Shown here: positions 15,080 to 23,738 of the stretch, in pieces
How the letters are laid out: every line of letters begins with the position of its first letter
Position numbering within the stretch: position 1 is the first letter of the stretch
Origin: Candidatus Rifleibacteriota bacterium
GTDB taxonomy: Bacteria > Muiribacteriota > Ozemobacteria > Ozemobacterales > Ozemobacteraceae
DNA length: 23,738 bases
Direction of reading: 5' to 3'
Assembly (NCBI GenBank): GCA_051747585.1
Contig: JBNJGH010000048.1
Location: forward strand, 1-23,738
Position numbers and translations under genes: made by a program
Notes under the pieces: generated by a model
Told to the model about the DNA's origin: nothing
Seen by the model: only the letters and a program-made list of their open reading frames with translations
Databases searched by the model: none

Positions 15080-18000
15080 TTAACGTCTCTGATCAAATAA
15101 CCAGACCTTAACATCTTTGTTAAAGCCATCTAATTCAAACTCGGTAACGGCTTCTCCGTTAGACTCGCGCACAAAACCCATAACGCCGTTTTTACCAAGG
15201 CCAACATTGTAAGAACCACCGCCAGAAATTTGAACAGGCTTGAATCCCGGCAAGCTTACCGAAGAATGAATACCCTGCAAATCAAGCCCCTTGAAACCAT
15301 ACTGCGCAGGGTCTTCATTAAGATGATCATTTATATAAAGGCTCATGCCCCACCTCGATAAGGTAGTATCAAAATTCTCGGCGGTAACGGATTCTACATT
15401 TGATACACCCGTCAACCCCGACTTAACAAGAGCTCTGGTAATATCACGATAGGAGGTCCCATACCTTCCCTCTTGCGCAAGGAACCGTATTAATAGATAA
15501 GATAACCCATAGCTGTTTATACCCGACCACTCGGTAACTGACAGATCAGCAAAGTTTTCCTGGGACAACTTGATCAATAAAGCGGTGTTTTCGTCGCCTG
15601 AAAAAATGCCATAACCGCACACTTCCTCAGAATACTTTGATAAACCCTCGTTAAGCCAGGTCGCTTCAAAAACTCCCTGACCTGCATTTATTCTTTTCTG
15701 CCAGAAATTGACCATATGTTGAAACTCATGGGCAAGAGTTCCATATCTGGTAATATCGTTATTTAAGCTGTATTTTACGTAAAACATTTTACGTCCGTTA
15801 CTTTCTCGCAGCTGAATGTCAGAAGGTTCATTGGCAAACAAATCTGCGCCATAAAAAATACCTGCAATTCCAGGGCTCAAAGCATCTGTCAACAAAATTG
15901 TTATTTGAGGCTGACCATCAGGACCGACTTCAGGCTCATCACCAAATACATCTCGGACTTTTGGCAGAATTCCTTCTTCAAAACGCTTACGAACCTCTGA
16001 GACAACAGTTGAAGACGGCGAATTAATCGCATTGTCTACATAAATAAAAACGTTTTCGCTTTCTCCATAGCGAGTTGCCTTTATCTGATTGTTTGGATAA
16101 GGAGTCGAAGTTGCAACCGATTCATAGGCAGGAATGTAAAAGTCTTCAACCTCATCAGCTCTTTGTTGTGCTATAACACTGCCTCTCAGGCCGGTTTTGC
16201 CAAACATGACTGAAGGCATTTTTTTTGAGGCCAATCTTTTTTCCAGTTCCCGAAAAGCTGCTTCAGGTGAAGAATCAAACCATTCAATCGCCGTTTTCTG
16301 ACTGGCTCTAACCGTAAAATCCGCTGAATTGCCAGCTGCAACAGCAACTGCAAAAGAATCTCTACCGGTTTCCAATCCCGAAACAGAAACGGTTACATTG
16401 TCTCCGGGCACAGCTGAAATCGGAAAACCACTTGATTTGAAATTATCAGGCACAGGTATTTCAGATGCTATGGTAAAGCTGGTGGTCATACCTTCAGTCA
16501 TAAGATTACCGGCCGGGTCACGTATTTTATTATCTGCAATTACAAACTCATGATAACTGCCCGGAAGCCATCCACCTGAAGGAAGAAAGCTGGCAACAAC
16601 TTCATTATTCCAAATCCAACTGCCGCCCTGAACAGGGCTGAACGAGAAAGCGGTTTCTGCAACACTTTTGTCTACAGGCTCATTGAAGGTAACTTCGACG
16701 ACGGCGTCTGAAGATACCGATAATGCACCATCTTCAGGTTTTACCGACAATACTTCCGGCGCTGTCTGATCTGTATCGGTAAGGGTGTAAAAGCTGTAAA
16801 TCTCGGACATAATCGGCTCTGTAACTGAATCATCTGCAGTAATCTGCCAGTAATATTGCCGCCCTTTTTCAAGCTCGTTTATAACGGCAAAGCTTTTTTC
16901 CGATAAATTTCCTGCCAGCATGGTTGAAGGCGGCGAAACCGTATCTAGATACAGCTCATAAGTTACTTTATCGCCGTCGGGATCACCACCGGACCATGAA
17001 AAAACCGGTTCCAAAGAAACATCGGTCGCTGCATTCTCCGGAAAAATCGCTACCGGCACCTCTGGTGCCTGATTAATTTTGGCAGCCGTAGTAAACGACC
17101 AAATTTTCGAATCGGCATTGGTTAAACCATCTTCATCTCGCGCAATCACCTGGAGAAAATATCTGGTAGAATTTTCCAGATATTCATCGGCACTGTAAAC
17201 CGGAGCTACGAGGTTCTCTCCTTTTTTAGCCAGAGGAAAAGTTTTTCCGAAGTAAACATCATAAGTCAGACTGTCTCCATCAGGGTCTTCGGCTGTCCAA
17301 CGCATTTGCACATCTATGGCAACATCAGTCGAGCCACTTGCCGGATAAGCCAGAACAGGATTTTGTGGCGGGTTATTAGGCGGTGCATAGGTAGAAAACT
17401 GCCAAACCGGGCCTTTGGTTTCTTTACCCCTGTTATCGGCTGCGATGATCTGCCAGTAATAGGTTTGCTCGGCTTCGAGATTTTCAACCTGATAATTGGT
17501 ATTTCGGGTGCTGGTTAAAAGCTCCAAGCTTTCACTGTCACTGCCAAGATAGAAAGAATAAGTTACTATATCGTCGAGGTCCGGATCTCCTCCGGTCCAG
17601 GCAAACCGAAATGAAAGAAGTTGATCTGTAGCCAGATCTTCAGGAAAAGGATTTGCCGGCTGATAAGGCGAAAAATTATCTTCATCGCCTGTGGTGAACT
17701 GCCAGATTGATGTTTGCGAAATTGCCCCATAGGGATCTCGGCTGATAATTTGCCAGTAATAAATCGTTTTAACTTCGAGATTCCTAATCTGAAATTCAGG
17801 CTGGCTCAGTTTCTCGCCCACCAGCTCAGGCTCCTGCCCTCTCTGGTAAAAAAAGACGTCATAATTCAATTGATCACCATCAGGGTCACTGCCGGACCAT
17901 CTCAAGGTTACCTCTGTCCCCATATTGTCGCTTAAATTAGCGGGAACAGGATCAAAAGCAACTTCTGGCGGTTTATTGTTGGGATTTACAGGTAATCCGC

Positions 18001-18934
18001 CACCGGCAAGCACGTCAATTTCGACTTCAGATTTAGATTCGGCACCTTTTTCATCTGTAGCTGTAACTGTAATGGTTACTTTACCTTCAAAATCTGGAGC
18101 GGTAAAAATTGTATTTGCCCCTGTATCCTGATGAAATTTCCCGGCACTGCATGACCAATGGTAAGTTAGTTGATCACCGTCGGGGTCGAAGCCAGAAGCA
18201 AAAACAGTACCCTCATTATTTGTTCTAATAGTTTTAAAACTCTGCTCAATTGAAACTATTGGAGCACGGTTTTTATCTACAGAAGTAAGAGGAGTGAGTT
18301 TAACAAACAACCGGCCTCTTTTAAGAGAACTAAAATCTAAAAGGAAAGCCGTCTCTTTGTAGCCGGTTGCAGAAATAGTTACCGGCCAAACGCCTTCGGG
18401 AAAAGGGCCGATTTCTACATCGCCATTACCGGATGAAAGATGTTCCCTGCCCCAGATCTTAACTCTGGCATTAGCTAAAGCCACCTTCGATTTTAAATCG
18501 GTAATATTGAGTTTTACTTTGTAGGGAGCATTTTCTAACTGAAGCGGATCAGATATTTTTAAGGTTTCATATTCTCCGGTAAGTTTGATCTGGTCTGTTC
18601 TTTGCTTGTAATTGTGTATACCTGATACCAGTTCGGCGATAAGATGATACTTACCCGCTGGTATTTCGTTAAGAATAAAATTGCCATCTTCGTCGGCGGT
18701 AGCATAAAACTCAGGTTTTTCTTCAACAAATACTTTTGTTCCCTTGACAGGAACATTAGTGCTCTGAGCCCTTGAATTAAGGTTAACTACAGGCGAAATT
18801 ACCCTGCCCTCGATATTTGCTACTATTGTTGCGGGAGTGGGTTCTATCCAGTCACTCAGCCCCCCGTCAGTGCTGCCGCAACCTGTTATGAAAGAAGCAA
18901 GAGCCGTAAACAAAATGATGATTTTTATTTTCAT
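15080..18934 (-). CDS. Large lipoprotein: carboxypeptidase-regulatory-like, Ig and four Fn3-like repeats, an SbsA-type Ig domain, and a C-terminal HExxH zinc metalloprotease (M30-like)
   Basis: Lipobox ITG-C19; repeats with W.x(2-3)DPDGD..Y...YYWQI; DQTAPEVLSVKP...VTFNEPVD...RDPAGN; TLAHEFQH (HEFQH at 15716-15730) with downstream WLNEGLS. Confidence 0.85.
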   Translation of the reverse strand: MKIKIIILFTALASFITGCGSTDGGLSDWIEPTPATIVANIEGRVISPVVNLNSRAQSTNVPVKGTKVFVEEKPEFYATADEDGNFILNEIPAGKYHLIAELVSGIHNYKQRTDQIKLTGEYETLKISDPLQLENAPYKVKLNITDLKSKVALANARVKIWGREHLSSGNGDVEIGPFPEGVWPVTISATGYKETAFLLDFSSLKRGRLFVKLTPLTSVDKNRAPIVSIEQSFKTIRTNNEGTVFASGFDPDGDQLTYHWSCSAGKFHQDTGANTIFTAPDFEGKVTITVTATDEKGAESKSEVEIDVLAGGGLPVNPNNKPPEVAFDPVPANLSDNMGTEVTLRWSGSDPDGDQLNYDVFFYQRGQEPELVGEKLSQPEFQIRNLEVKTIYYWQIISRDPYGAISQTSIWQFTTGDEDNFSPYQPANPFPEDLATDQLLSFRFAWTGGDPDLDDIVTYSFYLGSDSESLELLTSTRNTNYQVENLEAEQTYYWQIIAADNRGKETKGPVWQFSTYAPPNNPPQNPVLAYPASGSTDVAIDVQMRWTAEDPDGDSLTYDVYFGKTFPLAKKGENLVAPVYSADEYLENSTRYFLQVIARDEDGLTNADSKIWSFTTAAKINQAPEVPVAIFPENAATDVSLEPVFSWSGGDPDGDKVTYELYLDTVSPPSTMLAGNLSEKSFAVINELEKGRQYYWQITADDSVTEPIMSEIYSFYTLTDTDQTAPEVLSVKPEDGALSVSSDAVVEVTFNEPVDKSVAETAFSFSPVQGGSWIWNNEVVASFLPSGGWLPGSYHEFVIADNKIRDPAGNLMTEGMTTSFTIASEIPVPDNFKSSGFPISAVPGDNVTVSVSGLETGRDSFAVAVAAGNSADFTVRASQKTAIEWFDSSPEAAFRELEKRLASKKMPSVMFGKTGLRGSVIAQQRADEVEDFYIPAYESVATSTPYPNNQIKATRYGESENVFIYVDNAINSPSSTVVSEVRKRFEEGILPKVRDVFGDEPEVGPDGQPQITILLTDALSPGIAGIFYGADLFANEPSDIQLRESNGRKMFYVKYSLNNDITRYGTLAHEFQHMVNFWQKRINAGQGVFEATWLNEGLSKYSEEVCGYGIFSGDENTALLIKLSQENFADLSVTEWSGINSYGLSYLLIRFLAQEGRYGTSYRDITRALVKSGLTGVSNVESVTAENFDTTLSRWGMSLYINDHLNEDPAQYGFKGLDLQGIHSSVSLPGFKPVQISGGGSYNVGLGKNGVMGFVRESNGEAVTEFELDGFNKDVKVWLFDQRR

Positions 18935-18965
18935 TCAGCTGTTAATAATTCCTTGATAAAAGGTG

Positions 18966-20402
18966 TTAAGAGGCCATAGCTTCATCGATCAGGTCAATGT
19001 TAGTATTGGCTCGATCACGCAAATCAAGTGCCCGAAGTTTTGAAGAGCCTTGATTAACTAAGAATTTAGCTGCATTATAGGCCTGTACTTCTTGAGTTTC
19101 ATCACCATATTCACCCATCCATTCAACATCTATATTGTCATAGGCGTTTTTTAAGGCTGTGGCTTCTTCTCGACCGGCTTCTCCTTCCAGAACCTTGTCC
19201 CCTTCTTCGTCAGTATAAGTTTGATCCTCCAAATCAGTAGCCATATCAATCATTAGTTCGGTTGGTTCAAAACCGTCTTCATCCTTCATAGATTCATTCA
19301 TTGCTTTGATGGCTCGATCTTGAAGTTTCATATCATAAGCTTTCTTATACAGATCTTTTTCTTCACCCGACATTGAGGAATAACCATCGATTGATTTACC
19401 ATGAAATTCTCGTTCTTTTTCTGCTGTATAGCCTTGAAGTTCCTCAACTGCTGCTCTTGTTTCTTCAACATCATCAGCTCGTTCAAGCTGTTTTTTCATA
19501 TCCTTGACTTTCTGGCCCTCACTTTTACTCCAGAATGCCAAAGTATCAAGAAGACCACTTCCTGTATCGGTGTTATCAATATTGTCATTAATATCATTCA
19601 ATGCATCGAGCGCCTGTTGCAGAATATCCTCTTGTGTGGTTTTCATTCCAGCAAGCTGATCGTCATTCATGGTCATCAATTCTTCAAGATCAAATGTACC
19701 ACTTCCCATTCCAAGTGAAGTATCCTGAGATGTATCCTCTTCCATCACATCGTCTGTTTCCATTTGTGCCAGATCAAAATTTGAAACATAGGTTTTATTG
19801 GTGTTTTTATAATATTCATCACGCATCACCAAAGATGTTCGTTCGATGTGAAACATTTCATTTTTGCTGCCTGCGATTCTTTTTTTACCGGTTAACTCTA
19901 TATCCAGCATAGCCTCTCGACCAGCCTTGAAGTCTTCATCGGTAGCTTCAAGGTCTGCCGCCTCGAGAGCAGCTTCATCTACAGACCTTACAATAGCTAC
20001 ACTGTCAATATTGGGAGACAGGATTTTAAGGCTATCGTCAGTTTTACGGGTAAGCAAACCGCTATTTAACTCATACTCGACATTCATAGTTGAGTCCTGA
20101 GCAATTTTACCGTCTTCTGTTTCGATAAAACGTTCAAAAGTAATTTTCATTGCAGTGCCATCTGGACTCTGAGCACCAGGCGGAGCTTCAAAGCTTCCTT
20201 CTTTAATGGCTTTAAAGTCCTTTTCCATATTATTGGAAGCCATGCGCAATTCACTTTCCAGGCTCTGTTTGGCATGCGAACGGGCAATTTGCCTTTGAAC
20301 TCTCATCCAGACTCCATAAATAGCGGTCAAGACAATGGTAGATAAAAACAACGCTACCATTACCTCTATTAAGGTCATTCCCTTTCTTTTAAACCTGAAC
20401 AT
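18966..20402 (-). CDS. Type IV prepilin-like protein (PilW/GspJ-like) with a large acidic helical C-terminal extension
   Basis: Class III signal MFRFKRKG|MTLIEVMVALFLSTIVLTAIYGVW with E5. Confidence 0.85.
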   Translation of the reverse strand: MFRFKRKGMTLIEVMVALFLSTIVLTAIYGVWMRVQRQIARSHAKQSLESELRMASNNMEKDFKAIKEGSFEAPPGAQSPDGTAMKITFERFIETEDGKIAQDSTMNVEYELNSGLLTRKTDDSLKILSPNIDSVAIVRSVDEAALEAADLEATDEDFKAGREAMLDIELTGKKRIAGSKNEMFHIERTSLVMRDEYYKNTNKTYVSNFDLAQMETDDVMEEDTSQDTSLGMGSGTFDLEELMTMNDDQLAGMKTTQEDILQQALDALNDINDNIDNTDTGSGLLDTLAFWSKSEGQKVKDMKKQLERADDVEETRAAVEELQGYTAEKEREFHGKSIDGYSSMSGEEKDLYKKAYDMKLQDRAIKAMNESMKDEDGFEPTELMIDMATDLEDQTYTDEEGDKVLEGEAGREEATALKNAYDNIDVEWMGEYGDETQEVQAYNAAKFLVNQGSSKLRALDLRDRANTNIDLIDEAMAS

Positions 20403-20416
20403 TTTGCTCCCCCCCC

Positions 20417-20905
20417 TTAAATAGCTTCAGAATTGTAATAAGAATTTGCAGCTCTTACAACTCTTCTGCCAAACCTTTCGTCATCTTTGGCTCCCTTATC
20501 GCGCCAGAAAATTTCAACTTCGAACCAGACCTCGGAAATCTGGTCTAAATCGTTTTTACGAACGGTTAAATTAGCTTCACAGCCATAATCTTTCATGGTG
20601 TCACTGTTTTTTTCAAAAAAAGTTTCAATACTTTCGGAAGTTTCTTTATAAAATTGCGGATGAACAGTGAAACTTTCACCAGTGGTAAGATCAGTATAAT
20701 GTCTCTGATAAACTTTAAAAGGCACATGTTTGCATTCTTCGATCAGCTCTTGGGCCAATCTGGTGGCTTTGGCATAATGACCAATCTTAGCTGTAGAGGT
20801 CGCTCCATAGTCAACCGTTCTTATGATAGGAATAAAAGCAACCGCAATAATAAAAGCAGAAATTACTATTTCCAGAAGCGACAAACCTTTCTTATCAGCA
20901 ATCAA
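20417..20905 (-). CDS. Type IV prepilin-like protein (PilV/GspI-like), 162 aa
   Basis: DKKG|LSLLEIVISAFIIAVAFIPI, then ATRLAQELIEE. Start moved to TTG 20905, which has a GGAGG SD and a TTGA overlap with the upstream stop. Confidence 0.85.
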   Translation of the reverse strand: MIADKKGLSLLEIVISAFIIAVAFIPIIRTVDYGATSTAKIGHYAKATRLAQELIEECKHVPFKVYQRHYTDLTTGESFTVHPQFYKETSESIETFFEKNSDTMKDYGCEANLTVRKNDLDQISEVWFEVEIFWRDKGAKDDERFGRRVVRAANSYYNSEAI

Positions 20906-23652
20906 AATGACCTCCAGGAAGCCCAAAGCGGACTGAAAGATACATGATAACGCCTGGGATCAAATTTACCCCTTTCAGGATGCAGGCTTGCAAGAGAGCT
21001 TCTGACTCTTGAAGACACATAATCAACGGCAACAGTACCACTCATTGCGGCTTTACTAAACTGATTCGTTACCCAGTTGCCAATAAAATGCATACTGGAA
21101 TCGGCATGAACATATAAACCTTTGTCGGTATAAACACTGCCCTGAATTTCTCTTTGTACCCCGCCGTCCAACACTATCAATCCACCGTTTCTTATCATGA
21201 GAGTAAATACGGTTAAATCATCGGCAGTACGATCCTGAACTTTGATGTTAGAACCAAGATAAAAATTTCCGCTGCAAACAATCATCCCTTTACCACAAAC
21301 ATTAAATTCCCCATCGAGACCGGGCGGGTTAAATGGATTCGCCGAATCACCTACCGAGCCCGAAATATATGTAATCCCATTTAAGACAAATATTTTTTTC
21401 CCGTTGACTTCTGTCATCCTGTTTGGCAAATCATCCAGGAAAGCCTGATAATTCTCGTAATAATAAGTAGCTTTTTTGGCATATTGCTCAAGGGTATAAA
21501 GATTGGGCGGCATATTTTCAAGTTTGGCCGGATCATATTCATAAGTCTCAAGGTCTATATCGTCATTTTCGTCATTCGCCTTCAAAGGGGTTAAATTATA
21601 ATCATACTTGGTTAGAACTTCCATCGTATACCAGAGAGGAATTACTAATGGAGGCGGTGGAATTACCAGAGGCGGGACAGATGGAATCACAAGCCTGTCC
21701 ATCGGATTCAGACCGATAATACACATTTTCCATCTCCGGTATTTCTTCAGAACGTTTCCTTCAATTTCTCTGGTAAGCGTAGGATAAAAGCCTGCATAGC
21801 CAAAGAAGTGTGTTTTATTTGCTCCTACTCCAGTATTTGGAATTGTGGCCATCCAGTTATTAGTGCCCATATAGGCCATATCCCATTGCTGAAATGCCTT
21901 GGTTACACCTGCCACAGAAGGGGGCACCACCTTGTCGACCAATGGTTTCAATGCAAGCTCAATTGCAACTGCGATAGGATGTGCGCTTAATCTTCCTACA
22001 TCGGGCATAATATTGATTCTACTTGGGCCAACCAGTTCTTTTAGATAATTTTTTGGAGTTTCAATACTTTTACTCATGTCTTTTGCATATTCAAGCTTGT
22101 AATCGTTTTTTACTGAAACGGAAAAGCCATCAGTGCTTGTCTGCCCGGTATTTCCTCCTGTCATGCCAGAGGGAACATCGCTTGATGTGCTGGTATTTCG
22201 GCGCGAAACTTCAGCATTAACATTGTATTTACCGCCAGCCAGCGCCATGCGCGTTCTACTGCTGAGAATCAGTGCGGTTTCCATACCACCCAGGGTTCTT
22301 ACAATCGTCCCGCTGTCATCACCGGTTACTCTAGGCGCATTCCAGTCACCTACCATCCCTACATTACAAACCAGAGGCTGGGTACCATCAGAACTTTCAT
22401 CTATATAATTAACTCTTATTAATCCCGGAACCTCACGACTTGCAAGCTCTTCTTCGGTTAGTTCGGTCGGCCCGGGCAATGCAACCTCTTTTATTTTGTT
22501 CCAAAGTCCGCTATAGTCGTAATTACTAACGAAAAACTGACCGCCATAGTTATTAAATGAAATTTTGTTATTGGCAAAGTTCCCTATAAAGCAGCTGTAC
22601 ATAGATGCAGGAGGTTCGCAGTCAGCAACTTTAAAATCTTTTACAGCGGCAACCCGCCTTTTTGCAGTATAGCCGTCCTTGTAGGTTATGGAAGCTTCAC
22701 TTTCAAGTTTTATCTGCCCGTATTTTTCCAGGTATTGTTCGTAATCAGAAGTATCGAAAGTTATACCCGAAGGCCATAAAACTGACGGATCTGTTGGGAT
22801 GTTTATTTTATCTTTATCGAAAACAATTTCAATCGGATACCGGCGTTCCCCACCGCTTAATAATTCATTAATCAGCATTTTGGCCATAAAATCAATGCTG
22901 GTAAGTTCTTTAAAAGATCTTGGCTCCCCGGCTATGTTTATTTCGGGCATAAGTTTATCAATTATGCCTGCAACATTTATGTTAATAATAGTAAAACCAC
23001 CAATGCTGATGGGTATTGAAAAGCCAAGCCAGCTTAAATCATCCGGGAACCCTATCTGAAGTGGCGAATAACCTTCTCCATTGAGAAAATTCTCTACATC
23101 GGGTCGCATATTCCAACCGATATCGACTCCGGGAACTTTGAAATCAGGATAATCAGAGCCGGGTGCAATTCGGAAAGCCTTTTCGACGTTTACTTTTACG
23201 TTCACGTCATACTCTTCAATGCCTTCCCGGGTCATATATTCTACTATCTTATCAAGACGATTTTCGTCGTCGCCTTCCTGGAGTTCTTCTTTGGTTAAAA
23301 TAATTTCTTCAGTCACGCTATCTGGTAATTGTAACAACTCATCGGAACCAAGATTTCCACCTAAACCAAGAGTGACCCCTGAATCAATCTTAGCAGGCAA
23401 ACGAAGCTTAACAGCCAGAGAATCCGCATCGACCTCAGCAGGATCAATTTCATTTATTTTATCCGAAATAATACTCATGGCTCTTTCGAGAGCTGCTTCT
23501 GCAAGACTGGCTGCGTGAAGTCCTTTGACCGACATGGTTGTCTGCCTGCCTTCTTCAATGGTAGAGGTCATAAACATTGTAGATGCAAAAATAATTACAC
23601 CTAAAACGCCAATTACAATAACAAAAGCGCTACCCTGTTTTTTACGGTTCAT
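20902..23652 (-). CDS. Very large PilX/GspK-like pilin protein, about 916 aa
   Basis: MNRKKQG|SAFVIVIGVLGVIIFASTMFM (no E5) followed by AASLAEAALERA. Start moved to ATG 23652, with GGAGG 8 nt upstream. Gly/hydrophobic beta-repeats at the C-terminus. Confidence 0.8.
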   Translation of the reverse strand: MNRKKQGSAFVIVIGVLGVIIFASTMFMTSTIEEGRQTTMSVKGLHAASLAEAALERAMSIISDKINEIDPAEVDADSLAVKLRLPAKIDSGVTLGLGGNLGSDELLQLPDSVTEEIILTKEELQEGDDENRLDKIVEYMTREGIEEYDVNVKVNVEKAFRIAPGSDYPDFKVPGVDIGWNMRPDVENFLNGEGYSPLQIGFPDDLSWLGFSIPISIGGFTIININVAGIIDKLMPEINIAGEPRSFKELTSIDFMAKMLINELLSGGERRYPIEIVFDKDKINIPTDPSVLWPSGITFDTSDYEQYLEKYGQIKLESEASITYKDGYTAKRRVAAVKDFKVADCEPPASMYSCFIGNFANNKISFNNYGGQFFVSNYDYSGLWNKIKEVALPGPTELTEEELASREVPGLIRVNYIDESSDGTQPLVCNVGMVGDWNAPRVTGDDSGTIVRTLGGMETALILSSRTRMALAGGKYNVNAEVSRRNTSTSSDVPSGMTGGNTGQTSTDGFSVSVKNDYKLEYAKDMSKSIETPKNYLKELVGPSRINIMPDVGRLSAHPIAVAIELALKPLVDKVVPPSVAGVTKAFQQWDMAYMGTNNWMATIPNTGVGANKTHFFGYAGFYPTLTREIEGNVLKKYRRWKMCIIGLNPMDRLVIPSVPPLVIPPPPLVIPLWYTMEVLTKYDYNLTPLKANDENDDIDLETYEYDPAKLENMPPNLYTLEQYAKKATYYYENYQAFLDDLPNRMTEVNGKKIFVLNGITYISGSVGDSANPFNPPGLDGEFNVCGKGMIVCSGNFYLGSNIKVQDRTADDLTVFTLMIRNGGLIVLDGGVQREIQGSVYTDKGLYVHADSSMHFIGNWVTNQFSKAAMSGTVAVDYVSSRVRSSLASLHPERGKFDPRRYHVSFSPLWASWRSF

Positions 23653-23666
23653 TTTTATAGCCTCCA

Positions 23667-23738
23667 CTATTCAAACTTGGCCGGGAATTCAGCCAAAGTT
23701 GTAGCCAATCCTCCTGGCACCTCGGTCGGTTTGATATA
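23667..23738 (-). CDS. 3' end of an upstream gene of the same operon (partial)
   Basis: Open frame YIKPTEVPGGLATTLAEFPAKFE-TAG ending just before the SD of the next gene. Confidence 0.55.
   Translation of the reverse strand, partial: YIKPTEVPGGLATTLAEFPAKFE

Noticed and set aside
19401..23518. Several 60-105 aa plus-strand ORFs
   Set aside because: All are antisense to the pilin-like genes and have no recognisable motifs.

Overview
AT-rich bacterial chromosomal window with no rRNA, tRNA, CRISPR array or transposase detected. Left part: two short periodic repeats, a stand-alone murC with a long, possibly structured leader, an unannotated 37-aa hydrophobic ORF, a perfect 40-bp palindromic terminator, a secreted M16 zinc peptidase, an SLH-repeat protein and a 2-TM membrane protein. 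Middle: a compact minus-strand Tad-type motor operon made of two fusion genes, a CpaE/TadZ-like domain fused to the CpaF/TadA ATPase and TadB fused to TadC, followed by an overlapping DUF523 gene. Divergent from it are an ABC-2 exporter, a coiled-coil + GrpE-like + Zn-ribbon protein and an unannotated 55-aa tail-anchored ORF. Right part: a minus-strand operon of three type IV prepilin-like genes (about 916 aa PilX-like, 162 aa, and 478 aa with a large acidic extension) followed by a 1284-aa lipoprotein carrying Ig/Fn3-like repeats and an HExxH metalloprotease. The best candidate for an undescribed system is the doubly fused Tad motor, possibly working with the oversized pilin/protease cluster. 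All family calls come from motif recognition by eye, not database searches.
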